Source of the DNA: Heterodontus francisci
Lineage: Eukaryota
Assembly: GCF_036365525.1 (NCBI RefSeq)
Contig: NW_027140453.1
Location: forward strand, 1,116,001-1,180,000
Reading direction: 5' to 3'
Length of the DNA stretch: 64,000 nucleotides
A program made the translations under genes and the position numbers. Shown piece by piece: positions 26,369-39,280 of the stretch. The notes beneath the pieces are model-generated. The model had not been told where the DNA came from, ran no database searches, and saw only the letters and a program-made list of their open reading frames with translations. Position 1 is the first letter of the stretch. Each line of letters opens with the position of its first letter.

Positions 26369-26478
26369 CTTCCCCTTGATCAGCACGATGGTGATCACTG
26401 CCATATGCAGGAAGCTCTTGGAGATGAGTGAAGTGTAAGTAGCTCTTGCCACAATCTGTTGCCTCTGTATCCGCTCCA
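26369..26478 (-). CDS. Transmembrane exon of second Cβ-like gene, ERIQRQQIVARATYTSLISKSFLHMAVITIVLIKGK
   Basis: tctttcag| acceptor; |gtatga donor; phase 1->0; aligns with TRBC exon 3 including TY, TM Lys-Ser and terminal K-x-K. Confidence 0.88.
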
Positions 26479-26732
26479 CTGAAAGACAGACAAGAAAGAC
26501 CAGAGTCACGCCCTAAAATCCAACTTAATCNNNNNNNNNNNNNNNNNNNNNNNNNNNNNNNNNNNNNNNNNNNNNNNNNNNNNNNNNNNNNNNNNNNNNN
26601 NNNNNNNNNNNNNNNNNNNNNNNNNNNNNNNNNNNNNNNNNNNNNNNNNNNNNNNNNNNNNNNNNNNNNNNNNNNNNNNNNNNNNNNNNNNNNNNNNNNN
26701 NNNNNNNNNNNNNNNNNATTGGAAGTCCTCAC

Positions 26733-26750
26733 CTTTCCCTTCACATAGGC
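26733..26750 (-). pseudogene. Connecting-peptide exon of second Cβ-like gene, (G)LCEGK, with acceptor AG->CG
   Basis: 18-nt phase 1-1 segment with Cys and g|gtgagg donor; preceded by tttcttgccg instead of tttcttgcag. Confidence 0.7.
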
Positions 26751-29700
26751 CGGCAAGAAATTTAAAAGAGTAAAAAACTTCAATTATTTGTGCATAAAAC
26801 ACAGTTTTCATATCACACCAAGAACATAAAGTGGGAGAAACTTCTTCACTCTGAGATTTGTGCATTGCATCCAGGCTTCTGTCTCTCTTTCTCTCCCTGC
26901 CTCTCTCTCCTCTCTCACCCCCACCCCCGTCTCTCTCTGTCCCTGTGTTTCTCTCTGTCTGTCTCTGTCTCTCTTTCTCTCTCTCTCTCTCTCCTAGTCT
27001 CTCTCTATCTCTATCTGTCTGACTCTTTCTCTCTGACTGTCTCTCTCTCTCTTTTGGTCTCTCTTTCTCTTCCTGTCTCTCGCTGTGTCTCTGTTTTTCT
27101 CTTTCTCTCTGTCTCTCTCTCTTCTCTCTCTCTGCCTCTCTCACTATGGCACACTCTAGCTCTGTCTCTCTTTCTCGCCTTGTCTCTGTCTCTGTCTGTC
27201 TCTATTTCTGGCTGTCCCTTTCTCGATTTCTTTCTTTCTACCTCTCTCTCTCTCTGTCTCTGTGTGTCTCTCTCTGTCTCTCATTCTCTTCTTATCTCCA
27301 TCTCTGTCTTACCCCTTTTATCTCTGTCTCTCTGTCTCTGTCCCCTCTTTCTCTGCCTGTCTCTATCTCTGTTTCTTTCTGTCTCTCTTTCTCACTGTCT
27401 CTGTCTTTCCCGCTGTCTCAGTGCCTCTCTCTCTCTCTGTCGCTCTCTCTCTCTCTGCCTCTCTTATGCTTCTCTTCTCTCTCCCTCTCTCCCTCTCTCT
27501 CTGTGTCTGTCTCTCTGTCTTTGTCTCTGTCTGTCTGTCTCTCTCTGTCTATCTCTCTTTTTCTCTCTGTTTCTGTCTCCCTGTCTCTCTTTCTGTCTGT
27601 CTCTCTCAATCTCTGTCTCTCTCTCTCTCTGTCGCTGTCTTTCCCTCTGTCTCTCTGCCACTCTGTGTCTCTGTCTTTCTCTCTGTTTGTGTCTAACTCT
27701 CTCTGTGTCTCTGTCTCTCGTTCTCTATCTCTCTCTCTTCCTTTCTCTCCTTTTCTCACTGTCTCCGTTTCTCTGCCTCTCAGTGTGTCTCTCTGTCTCT
27801 GACTCACTGTCTCTGTCTCTCTCACTCACTCACTTTCCTGCTGTCTTTCTGCCTCTCTCTCGTTCTGTCTCTGTGAGTGTGTGTCTCTCTCTCCGTCTCT
27901 TTCTCTTCCCGTCTCTCTCTCTCTCTCTCTCTATCTCTATCTCTATCTAACAATCTATCTTTCTCTCTTTCTCTCTGTCTCTCTGTCTCTCTGTCTTTCT
28001 GTCTCTGGCTCTCACTGTCTCTGCCTCTCAATCACTTTGTTTCCGTCTCTCTATCACTGTCTCTCTCTGTCTCTCTATCTCGTTTCTCTCTGAATCTCTC
28101 AATCTCTTTCTTTCTCTCTGTCTTTCCCACTCTCTCTCTGCCTCTCTCTGTCTCTCTTTCTCTCGGTCTGTGTCTCTCTCACTGTCACTGCATGTCTTTC
28201 TCTGTCTGTCTTTCTCTGTCTGTCTGTCTGTCTGTCTCTCTTTCTCCTTTTCTCGCTGTCTCAGTTTGCATNNNNNNNNNNNNNNNNNNNNNNNNNNNNN
28301 NNNNNNNNNNNNNNNNNNNNNNNNNNNNNNNNNNNNNNNNNNNNNNNNNNNNNNNNNNNNNNNNNNNNNNNNNNNNNNNNNNNNNNNNNNNNNNNNNNNN
28401 NNNNNNNNNNNNNNNNNNNNNNNNNNNNNNNNNNNNNNNNNNNNNNNNNNNNNNNNNNNNNNNNNNNNNNNNNNNNNNNNNNNNNNNNNNNNNNNNNNNN
28501 NNNNNNNNNNNNNNNNNNNCTCTGTCTCTGTTTCCCTGTCTCTATGTGTGTCTCTCTGTCTCTGTCTCTGCTTCTCTCTCTCACTGTCTCTGTCTTTCGC
28601 ACTGTCTTTCTGCCTCTCTCTCTTTCTCTCTCCTGCCTATCCTGTCTCTCTCTCACTCAGTGTCTCTCTCTCAGTCTCTCTCTCTTTGACCATGAGTCTC
28701 TCTCTTTATGTGTCTCTCTCNNNNNNNNNNNNNNNNNNNNNNNNNNNNNNNNNNNNNNNNNNNNNNNNNNNNNNNNNNNNNNNNNNNNNNNNNNNNNNNN
28801 NNNNNNNNNNNNNNNNNNNNNNNNNNNNNNNNNNNNNNNNNNNNNNNNNNNNNNNNNNNNNNNNNNNNNNNNNNNNNNNNNNNNNNNNNNNNNNNNNNNN
28901 NNNNNNNNNGTCTCTCTCTGCATGTGTCTCTCTCTTTCTCTCCTTTTCTCTCTGTCTCTGTTTCTGTCTCTCTGTTTCTGTCTCTCTCTGCCTCACTCTC
29001 TCTCATTCACTGTCTCTGTCTTTCCCGTTGTCTCTGCCTCTCTCGATCTGTCACACATTTGTCNNNNNNNNNNNNNNNNNNNNNNNNNNNNNNNNNNNNN
29101 NNNNNNNNNNNNNNNNNNNNNNNNNNNNNNNNNNNNNNNNNNNNNNNNNNNNNNNNNNNNNNNNNNNNNNNNNNNNNNNNNNNNNNNNNNNNNNNNNNNN
29201 NNNNNNNNNNNNNNNNNNNNNNNNNNNNNNNNNNNNNNNNNNNNNNNNNNNNNNCTGCCTCTCTTTCTCTCTGTTTCTGTCTCTCTGTCACTGTCTATCT
29301 CTGTCTCTCTATCTCGTCTCTCTCTGTCTCTCTCAATCGCTTTCTCTCTTTCTCTCTGTCTTTCCCGCTGTCTCTCTGCCTCTCTCTGTCTCTGTCTTTC
29401 TCTCTTTCTCTCGTTCTGTGTCTCTCTCACTGTCTCTGCCTGTCTTTCTCTGTCTGTCTTACTCTGTCTGTCTGTCTGTCTCTCTTTCTCCTTTTCTCTC
29501 TGTCTCTGTTTCCATGTCTATCTGTGTGTCTCTCTCGGCCTCTGTCAATCTATCTGTCTCTATTTCTCTTCCTGTCTCTCTTTCAGTCTCTCTCTCTATC
29601 TCTATTTCTCTGTGTATGTGTCTCTCCCTCTGTCTCTGTCTTTCTCTCTATCTCTCTGTCCGTGTCTCTCTTTCTCTCTGTCTCCGTCTCTGTCTCTGTC

Positions 29701-32020
29701 TATCTCACTTTATTTCTCTCCTTTTCTGTCTGTCACTGTCTCTGTCTTTCTGTTTCTCGGTGTGTCTCTCTGTCTCTGTCTCTGCTTCTCTCTCTCCCTG
29801 TNNNNNNNNNNNNNNNNNNNNNNNNNNNNNNNNNNNNNNNNNNNNNNNNNNNNNNNNNNNNNNNNNNNNNNNNNNNNNNNNNNNNNNNNNNNNNNNNNNN
29901 NNNNNNNNNNNNNNNNNNNNNNNNNNNNNNNNNNNNNNNNNNNNNNNNNNNNNNNNNNNNNNNNNNNNNNNNNNNNNNNNNNNNNNNNNNNNNNNNNNNN
30001 NNTCTTTCCTGTTGTCTCTGCCTCTCTCGATCTGTCACACATTTGTCTCTATCTCTCTTCCTGTCTCTCTCTCTCTCCTTGTCTCTCTGTCTCTCTCTTT
30101 GTTTCTCTCTCTCTGTCTCGGTCTCTCTCTCTCTGTATCTCTTTCTCTGTCTGTCTGTTTCTCTCTCTATCTATCTATCTTTCTATCTTTCTCTCTGTCT
30201 CTCTGTCTTTTTGTCTCTGGCTTTCCCTGTCTCTGCCTCTCTTTCTCTCTGTTTCTGTCTCTCTGTCACTGTCTCTCTCTGTCTCTCTATCACGTCTCTC
30301 TCTCTGTCTCTCTCAATCTCTTTCTCTCTCTCTCTCTGTCTTTCGCGCTGTCTCTCTGCCTCTCTCTGTCTCTCTTTCTCTCGGTCTGTGTCTCTGTCAC
30401 TGTCTCTCTCTGTCTCTCTATCACGTCTCTCTCTCTGTCTCTCTCAATCTCTTTCTCTCTCTCTCTGTCTTTCGCGCTGTCTCTCTGCCTCTCTCTGTCT
30501 CTCTTTCTCTCGGTCTGTGTCTCTCTCACTGTCTCTGCCTGTCTTTCGCTGTCTGTCTTCCGCTCTCTGTCTGTCTGTCTGTCTCTCTTTCTCCTTTTCT
30601 CTCTGTCTCTGTTTCCATGTCTATCTGTGTGTCTCTCTTTGTCTCTGTCACCACTCTCTCTGTCTCTGTTTCTCTTCCTGTCTCACTCTCAGTCTCTCTC
30701 TCTGTCTCTGTCTCTCTCTATCTCTCTATATTTCTCTCCTTTTCTCTCTGTCTCTGTCTCTGTCTTTCTGTTTCTCTGTGTGTCTCTCTCTGTCTCTTTC
30801 TCTCTCTCTATTTCTCTCATTTTCTCTCTGTCTCTGTTTCCCTGTCTCTCTGTGTGTCTCTCGGTCTCTGTCTCTGCTTCTCCCTCTCACTGTCTCTGTC
30901 TTTCCCACTGTCTCTCTGCCTCTCTCTCTCTGTCCCTCTCTTACATTTCCTGTCTCTCTCTCTCTGTCTCTCTCTCAGTCTCTCCCTCTTTGACCATGTG
31001 NNNNNNNNNNNNNNNNNNNNNNNNNNNNNNNNNNNNNNNNNNNNNNNNNNNNNNNNNNNNNNNNNNNNNNNNNNNNNNNNNNNNNNNNNNNNNNNNNNNN
31101 NNNNNNNNNNNNNNNNNNNNNNNNNNNNTCTTTCCCGTTGTCTCTGCTTCTCTCGATCTGTCACTCATCTGNNNNNNNNNNNNNNNNNNNNNNNNNNNNN
31201 NNNNNNNNNNNNNNNNNNNNNNNNNNNNNNNNNNNNNNNNNNNNNNNNNNNNNNNNNNNNNNNNNNNNNNNNNNNNNNNNNNNNNNNNNNNNNNNNNNNN
31301 NNNNNNNNNNNNNNNNNNNNNNNNNNNNNNNNNNNNNNNNNNNNNNNNNNNNNNNNNTCTGTCTGCCTCTTTCTCTATTTCTTTCTCTCCCTCTCTCTTT
31401 GTATCTGTGTGTCTCTCTCTTTCTCTCTGTCTCTTTCTCTGTTTCTTTCTCTCTGTTTCTCTCTGTTTTTCTCTCCATCTATTTCTCTGTCTCTCTCTCT
31501 CTGTCTCTTTCTCCGTGTGTCTGTCACTGTATCTCTCTCTGTCACTATCTCTTTGTCTGTCTGTCTGTCTCTTTCTCTTTCTGTCTGTCTCTTTCTCTAT
31601 TTCTCTCTCTCTCAATCTATCTCGTTCTCGGTCTCTCTCTCTGTCTCTCTCTCTTTCTCCCTCTCTGTCTGTCTCTGAGTGCTAACCATTTGGGTGAACA
31701 TAAGGTTATTGATGGTTACTGAACCGAGGCGTAAAATAGAGTAATGGTAGAGATTTAGATTTATATAACAGAATGGTGGAACAAGCTTGAACGGCTGAAT
31801 GGCCTCGGCCTCTTCCTGTGTTCTTCAGTCTCACCTATTATGTAGACTTCCCCAAGCTATGAATTCCCTCATCCCTGGAACCATTGCCGTGAATATTTTG
31901 TGCACCCTCTCTAACGCCTTCACATCCTCCCTAAAGGCTGGATTGATAAAGGTTCAGTATAGCTTCCTTGCTTTGGGCTCGGGTGGAGCGGAGGTGATTC
32001 CAGGCATTGCAGACACTCAC

Positions 32021-32359
32021 CTGCCTTACTGCTGATCTTGGCATCTTGAGAAATCTCTGCGCCGGCTTTACTGTAATGGGTCACTTTGCAGGAATACTGC
32101 TTGCGGGCCCCATTCGGCCATGGGAACCCTCACCCTACTGGTCCACGCTGTCGCGGCCTGCATCATCCTTTACCTGCCTGTCAGTCAGCACATCCTTCGT
32201 CTCGATCTCCTCGTTGCCCCCCCGCCCAGGAGAACTTAACGTAGTCCGAGAAGAAGCCACTGGCCAGGCAGACAATCGTGGCTTTCATAGGGGCCCTGAT
32301 TTCTTCATCCGACAGCTCAAAAACGGTCACAGTGGGATGGTTAACCTCTTGGTCTGCCT
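32021..32359 (-). pseudogene. Ig C1 exon of second, divergent TCRβ-like constant gene; three +1 frameshifts as assembled
   Basis: cccacag| acceptor; g|gtgagt donor; PTVTVFELSDEEIRAPMKATIVCLASGFFSDYVKFSW, then after frame repair ...VLTD...SVTSRVRVPMAEWARKQYSCKVTHY...SSKA. Confidence 0.88.
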
Positions 32360-32609
32360 CTGTGGGAGAGCAAAACATGAGTGTTAGGAACGGTGGGGAT
32401 GGAAGCGGGGTGGGGTGGGGGGGAGGGGTTGTGGCGAGGGGTGGGGCGTGTGTTTACCCCAGCGTCCATTCTCCTTCACCACAACTTCGACAGTTTGTTG
32501 TAGACTCTGTAAAAGAAAGGAGGGAGGGGAAAAAACAGGGAATTACAGACCAGTTAGCCTTACATCAGTAGTGGGGAAAATGCTGGAGACTATTATAAAG
32601 GATGTGATA

Positions 32610-35600
32610 ACAGAACAGAGATAGGGAGGGTTATCGGGGCTGGAAGAGGTTACAGAGATAAGGAGTGTTGCAGGGGCTGGAGGGGGTTACAGAGATAGGG
32701 AGGGTTGTAGAGGCTGGAGGATGTAACAGAAATAGGGAGGATTCAATTTAGTTATACAGCACTGAAACAGGCCCTTCGGCCCACCGAATCTGTGCCGACC
32801 ATCAACCACCCATTTATACTAACCCGACACTAATTCCATATTCCTACCACATCCCCACCTGCACCTACCTATACTAGGGGCAATATATAATGGCCAATTT
32901 ACTTATCAACCTGCAAGTCTTTGGCACGTGGCAGGAAACCAGAGCACCTGGAGGAAACCCAAATGGACACAGAGAGAAATTGCAAACTCCACACAGGCAG
33001 TACCCAGCATTGAACCCGGGTAGCTGGAGCTGTGAGGCTGCGGTGCTCGCCACTGAGCCACTGAGGGTTGCAGGGGCTAAAGAGGTTACAGAGATAGGGA
33101 GTGTTGTAGGGGCTGGTTGAGTTACAGAGCTAGGGAGAGCTGTAGGGACTGGGGGAGGTAACAGAGATAGGGAGGGTTGCAGGGGCTGGTAGAGTTTACA
33201 GATATAGGGAGGGGCTTAGGGGCTGGAGGAGGTTACAGAGATAGGGAGGGTTGTAGGGGCTGGAGGAGGTTACAGAGATAGGGAGGGTTGTGGTGGCTGG
33301 AGGAGGTTACAGAGATAGGGAGGGTTGTAGTGACTGGAGGAAGTAATAGAGATAGGGAGTGCTGATGGGGCTGGAGGAGGTAACAGAGATAGGGAGTGTT
33401 GTAGGGGCTGGTAGAGTTTACAGATATAGGGAGGGGATTAGGGGCTGGAGGAGGTAACAGAGATAGGGAGGATTGTAGGGGCTGGCGGAGGTTACAGAGT
33501 TTGGGAGTGTTGTGGTGGCTGGAGGAGGTTACAGAGATAGGGAGGGTTGTAGTGACTGGAGGAAGTAATAGAGATAGGGAGTGCTGATGGGGCTGGAGGA
33601 GGTAACAGAGATAGGGAGTGTTGTAGGGGCTGGTAGAGTTTACAGATATAGGGAGGGGATTAGGGGCTGGAGGAGGTAACAGAGATAGGGAGGATTGTAG
33701 GGGCTGGAGGAGGTTACAGAGTTTGGGAGGGTGGTGGTGGCTGGAGGAGGTTACAGAGATAGGGAGGGTTGTAGTGACTGGAGGAAGTAATAGAGATAGG
33801 GAGTGCTGATGGGGCTGGAGGAGGTAACAGAGATAGGGAGTGTTGTAGGGGCTGGTAGAATTTACAGATATAGGGAGGGGATTAGGGGCTGGAGGAAGAT
33901 ACAGAGATGGGGTGGGGTGTAGTGGCTGGAGGAGGTAATAGAGATAGGGAGTGCTTTAGGGACTGGAGGAGGGAACAGAGATAGGGAGGTTTGTAGGGGC
34001 TGGAAGACGTTACAGAGATAGGGAGGGGTGCAGGGGCTGGAGGAGATAACAGAGATAGGGAGTGGTGTCGGGGCTGGAAGAGGTTACAGAGATAGGGGGC
34101 TTTAGGGGATGGAGGAGGTTACAGAGATAGGGAGGGTTGTAGGGGCTGGAGGAGATTACAGAGATAGGGGTGGGTGTAGAGGCTGGAGGATATTACTGAG
34201 ATAGGACGGGTTTTAGGGACTAGGAAGAGGTTACAGGGATAGGGAGGAGTGTGGAGGCTGGAGGTTACAGTGATAGGGAGGGCTGTAGGGGCTGGAGGTG
34301 GTAACAGAGATAGGGAGGGTTGTAGCGGCTGGAAGATGTTACAGAGATAGGAAGGGGAGTCGAGGTTGGAAGAGGTTACAGAGATAGGGAGGGTTATCAG
34401 GGTTGGAAGAGGTTTCAGAGATAGGGTGGGTTGTAGAGGCTGGAGGAGGCTATAGAGTTAGGGAGGGTTGTTTGGGTTGGTAGAGTTATCAGAGATAGGG
34501 AGAGCTGTAGGGGCTGGGGGAGGTAACAGAGATAGGGAGGGCTGTAGGGGCTGGTAGAGTTTACAGATATAGGGAGGGGTTTAGGGGCTGGAGGAGGTTA
34601 CAGAGATAGGGAGGGTTGTCGGGGCTGGAGGAGGTTACAGAGTTAGGGAGGGTTGTAGGGGCTGGAGGAAGTTACAGAGATAGGGTGGGGTGCAGGGGCT
34701 GGAGGAGGTTACAGAGATAGGGAGGGTTGTAGTGGCTGGAGGAGGTTACAGAGATAGGGAGGGCTGTCGTGGCTGGAGGAGGTAATAGAGATAGGGAGTG
34801 CTGTGGGGGCTGGAGGAGGTAACAGAGATAGGGAGGGCTGTAGGGGCTGCTAGAGTTTACAGATATAGGGAGGGCTTTAGGGGCTGGAGGAGGTAACAGA
34901 GAAAGGGAAGGTTGGAGGGGCTGGAGGAGGCTACAGAGATAGGGTGGGGTGTAGTGGTTGGAGGAGGTTACAGAGATAGGGAGGGTTGTAGTGGCTGGAG
35001 GAGGTTACAGAGATAGGGAGTGCTGTAGTGGCTGGAGGAGGTAACAGAGATAGGGAGTCTTGTAGGGGCTGGTAGAGTTTACAGATATAGGGAGGGATTT
35101 AGGGGCAGGATGAGGTTATAGAGTTAGGGAGTGCTGTAGGGGCTGGAGGAGGTAACAGTAATAGGGAGGGTTGTAGGGGCTGGAAGACGTTACAGAGAAA
35201 GGGATGGGTGCAGGGCCTGGAGGAGATAACAGTGATAGGGAGTGTTGTCGGAGCTGGAAGAGGTTACAGAGATAGGGAGGGTTGCAGGGGCTGGAGGAGG
35301 TTACAGAGATAGGGTGGGGTGTAGGGGTTGGAGGAGGTTAAAGAGATAGGGAGGGTTGTAGTGGCTGGAGGAGGTTACAGAGATAGGGAGGGTTGTAGTG
35401 ACTGGAGGAGGTAATATAGATAGGGAGTGCTGTAGTGGCTGGAGGAGGTAACAGAGATAGGGAGTCTTGTAGGGGCTGGTAGAGTTTACAGATATAGGGA
35501 GGGGTTTAGGGGCAGGAAGAGGTTACAGAGTTAGGGAGTGCTGTAGGGGCTGGAGGAGGTAACAGTGATAGGGTGGTTTGTAGGGGCTGGAAGACGTTAC

Positions 35601-38600
35601 AGAGATAGGGATGGGTGCAGGGCCTGGAGGAGATAACAGAGATAGGGAGTGTTGTCGGAGCTGGAAGAGGTTACAGAGATAGGGAGGGTTGCAGGGGCTG
35701 GAAGAGATTACAGAGATAGGGATGGGTGTAGAGGCTGGAGGAGGTTATTGAGATAGGGAGGGTTTTAGGGACTAGGAAGAGGTTACAGGGATAGGGAGGG
35801 GTGTAGAGGCTGGAGGTGGTTACAGAGATAGGGAGGGCTGTAGGGGCTGGGGGAGGTAACAGAGATAGGGAGGGTTGTAGAGGCTGGTAGAGTTTACAGA
35901 TATAGGGAGGGGTCTAGCGGCTGGAGGAGGTTACAGAGGTAGGGAGGGTTGTAGGGGCTGGAGGAGGTTACAGAGATAGGGAGTGTTGTGGTGGCTGGAG
36001 GAGGTTACAGAGATAGGGAGGGTTGTAGTGACTGGAGGAAGTAATAGAGATAGGGAGTGCTGATGGGGCTGGAGGAGGTAACAGAGATAGGGAGTGTTGT
36101 AGGGGCTGGTAGAATTTACAGATATAGGGAGGGGATTAGGGGCTGGAGGAGGTAACAGAGATAGGGAGGATTGTAGGGGCTGGAGGAGGTTACAGAGTTT
36201 GGGAGGGTGGTGGTGGCTGGAGGAGGTTACAGAGATAGGGAGGGTTGTAGTGACTGGAGGAAGTAATAGAGATAGGGAGTGCTGATGGGGCTGGAGGAGG
36301 TAACAGAGATAGGGAGTGTTGTAGGGGCTGGTAGAATTTACAGATATAGGGAGGGGATTAGGGGCTGGAGGAAGATACAGAGATGGGGTGGGGTGTAGTG
36401 GCTGGAGGAGGTAATAGAGATAGGGAGTGCTTTAGGGACTGGAGGAGGGAACAGAGATAGGGAGGTTTGTAGGGGCTGGAAGACGTTACAGAGATAGGGA
36501 GGGGTGCAGGGGCTGGAGGAGATAACAGAGATAGGGAGTGGTGTCGGGGCTGGAAGAGGTTACAGAGATAGGGGGCTTTAGGGGATGGAGGAGGTTACAG
36601 AGATAGGGAGGGTTGTAGGGGCTGGAGGAGATTACAGAGATAGGGGTGGGTGTAGAGGCTGGAGGATATTACTGAGATAGGACGGGTTTTAGGGACTAGG
36701 AAGAGGTTACAGGGATAGGGAGGAGTGTGGAGGCTGGAGGTTACAGTGATAGGGAGGGCTGTAGGGGCTGGAGGTGGTAACAGAGATAGGGAGGGTTGTA
36801 GCGGCTGGAAGATGTTACAGAGATAGGAAGGGGAGTCGAGGTTGGAAGAGGTTACAGAGATAGGGAGGGTTATCAGGGTTGGAAGAGGTTTCAGAGATAG
36901 GGTGGGTTGTAGAGGCTGGAGGAGGCTATAGAGTTAGGGAGGGTTGTTTGGGTTGGTAGAGTTATCAGAGATAGGGAGAGCTGTAGGGGCTGGGGGAGGT
37001 AACAGAGATAGGGAGGGCTGTAGGGGCTGGTAGAGTTTACAGATATAGGGAGGGGTTTAGGGGCTGGAGGAGGTTACAGAGATAGGGAGGGTTGTCGGGG
37101 CTGGAGGAGGTTACAGAGTTAGGGAGGGTTGTAGGGGCTGGAGGAAGTTACAGAGATAGGGTGGGGTGCAGGGGCTGGAGGAGGTTACAGAGATAGGGAG
37201 GGTTGTAGTGGCTGGAGGAGGTTACAGAGATAGGGAGGGCTGTCGTGGCTGGAGGAGGTAATAGAGATAGGGAGTGCTGTGGGGGCTGGAGGAGGTAACA
37301 GAGATAGGGAGGGCTGTAGGGGCTGCTAGAGTTTACAGATATAGGGAGGGCTTTAGGGGCTGGAGGAGGTAACAGAGAAAGGGAAGGTTGGAGGGGCTGG
37401 AGGAGGCTACAGAGATAGGGTGGGGTGTAGTGGTTGGAGGAGGTTACAGAGATAGGGAGGGTTGTAGTGGCTGGAGGAGGTTACAGAGATAGGGAGTGCT
37501 GTAGTGGCTGGAGGAGGTAACAGAGATAGGGAGTCTTGTAGGGGCTGGTAGAGTTTACAGATATAGGGAGGGATTTAGGGGCAGGATGAGGTTATAAAGT
37601 TAGGGAGTGCTGTAGGGGCTGGAGGAGGTAACAGTAATAGGGAGGGTTGTAGGGGCTGGAAGACGTTACAGAGAAAGGGATGGGTGCAGGGCCTGGAGGA
37701 GATAACAGTGATAGGGAGTGTTGTCGGAGCTGGAAGAGGTTACAGAGATAGGGAGGGTTGCAGGGGCTGGAGGAGGTTACAGAGATAGGGTGGGGTGTAG
37801 GGGTTGGAGGAGGTTAAAGAGATAGGGAGGGTTGTAGTGGCTGGAGGAGGTTACAGAGATAGGGAGGGTTGTAGTGACTGGAGGAGGTAATATAGATAGG
37901 GAGTGCTGTAGTGGCTGGAGGAGGTAACAGAGATAGGGAGTCTTGTAGGGGCTGGTAGAGTTTACAGATATAGGGAGGGGTTTAGGGGCAGGAAGAGGTT
38001 ACAGAGTTAGGGAGTGCTGTAGGGGCTGGAGGAGGTAACAGTGATAGGGTGGTTTGTAGGGGCTGGAAGACGTTACAGAGATAGGGATGGGTGCAGGGCC
38101 TGGAGGAGATAACAGAGATAGGGAGTGTTGTCGGAGCTGGAAGAGGTTACAGAGATAGGGAGGGTTGCAGGGGCTGGAAGAGATTACAGAGATAGGGATG
38201 GGTGTAGAGGCTGGAGGAGGTTATTGAGATAGGGAGGGTTTTAGGGACTAGGAAGAGGTTACAGGGATAGGGAGGGGTGTAGAGGCTGGAGGTGGTTACA
38301 GAGATAGGGAGGGCTGTAGGGGCTGGGGGAGGTAACAGAGATAGGGAGGGTTGTAGAGGCTGGTAGAGTTTACAGATATAGGGAGGGGTCTAGCGGCTGG
38401 AGGAGGTTACAGAGGTAGGGAGGGTTGTAGGGGCTGGAGGAGGTTACAGAGATAGGGAGATTTGTCGGGGCTGGAAGAGGTAACAGAGATATGGAGGGTT
38501 GTAGGCGCTGGAGGAGGTTACAGAGATCAGGAGAGCTGTCGGGGCTGGAGGAGGTTACTGAGATAGGGAGGGTTGTTGGGACTGGTGGAGGTTACAGAGA

Positions 38601-39280
38601 TAGGGAGGGTTGAAGGGTCTGGAGCTGGTAACAGAGATAGAGAGAGCTGTAGGATCTAAAGCAGGTTACAGAGATGGGGACGGGTCCAGTGGCTGAAGGA
38701 GGTTACAGAGATAGGGACGGGTGTCGGGGCTAGAGGAGGTAACAGAGATAGGGAGAGCTGTAGGGGCTGGAGGAGATAACAGAGTTAGGGATGAGTGTAG
38801 GGGGTGGAGGAGGTAAATGAGATAGGGAGAGCTGTCGGGGCTACAGGATGTTACAGAGTTATGGAGGGGTGCAAGGGCTGGAGGATGTTGCAGAGATAGG
38901 GAGTGTTGTAGGGGCTGGAGGAGGTTGCAGAGATAGGGAGGTGTGTAGGAGCTGGAGGAGGTTGCAGAGATCAGGAGAGCTGTCGGGGCTGGAGGAGGTT
39001 ACTGAGATAGGGAGGGTTGTAGGGACTGGTGGAGGTTACAGAGATAGGGAGGGGTGTCGGGGCTGAAGGAGGTTACAGAGAAATGGAGGGTTGTAGGGGC
39101 TGGAGGAGGTTGCAGAGGTAGGGATGGGTGTTGGGGCTGGAGGATGTTACAGAGATAGGGAGGGTTGTAGGGGCTGGAGGAGGTTCCAGAGATAGGGAGG
39201 GTTGTAGGGGCTGGAGGAGGTTACAGAGTTAGGGAGGGTTGTAGGGGCTGGAGGAGGTTACAGAGGTAGGGAGGGTTCAC
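32610..39280. repeat. 37-bp G-rich minisatellite (ggggctggaggaggttacagagatagggagggttgta)n
   Basis: 37-bp period measured at 33241->33278; a short copy on the opposite strand at ~5515-5675. Confidence 0.95.
32745..33062 (-). mobile_element. tRNA-derived SINE (V-SINE/HE1-like) interrupting the minisatellite
   Basis: B-box-like cccgggttcaa on the - strand, V-domain-like core (gtgtggagtttgc...gggtttcctcc) and CR1-like tail. Confidence 0.7.

Larger units (their letters stand above)
25320..31680. repeat. (CT)/(CTGT)-rich low-complexity DNA with N gaps; two exon islands embedded
   Basis: Direct inspection. Confidence 0.95.

Noticed and set aside
26430-26480. ORF-track peptide ATDCGKSY as the connecting-peptide exon
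   Set aside because: Wrong frame; splice phase and homology show this is the TM exon read in another frame.
25294-31722. Very long Ser/Leu- or Arg/Glu-rich ORFs (up to 1171 aa)
   Set aside because: Artefacts of CT repeats and N gaps lacking stop codons; the same applies to 19738-20629 and 41858-45850.
32610-39280. Ig switch-like region in a J-C intron
   Set aside because: The G-rich strand is the template strand for the - strand cassette (opposite to switch regions), TCRs are not known to class-switch, and the same unit occurs elsewhere (~5515-5675).
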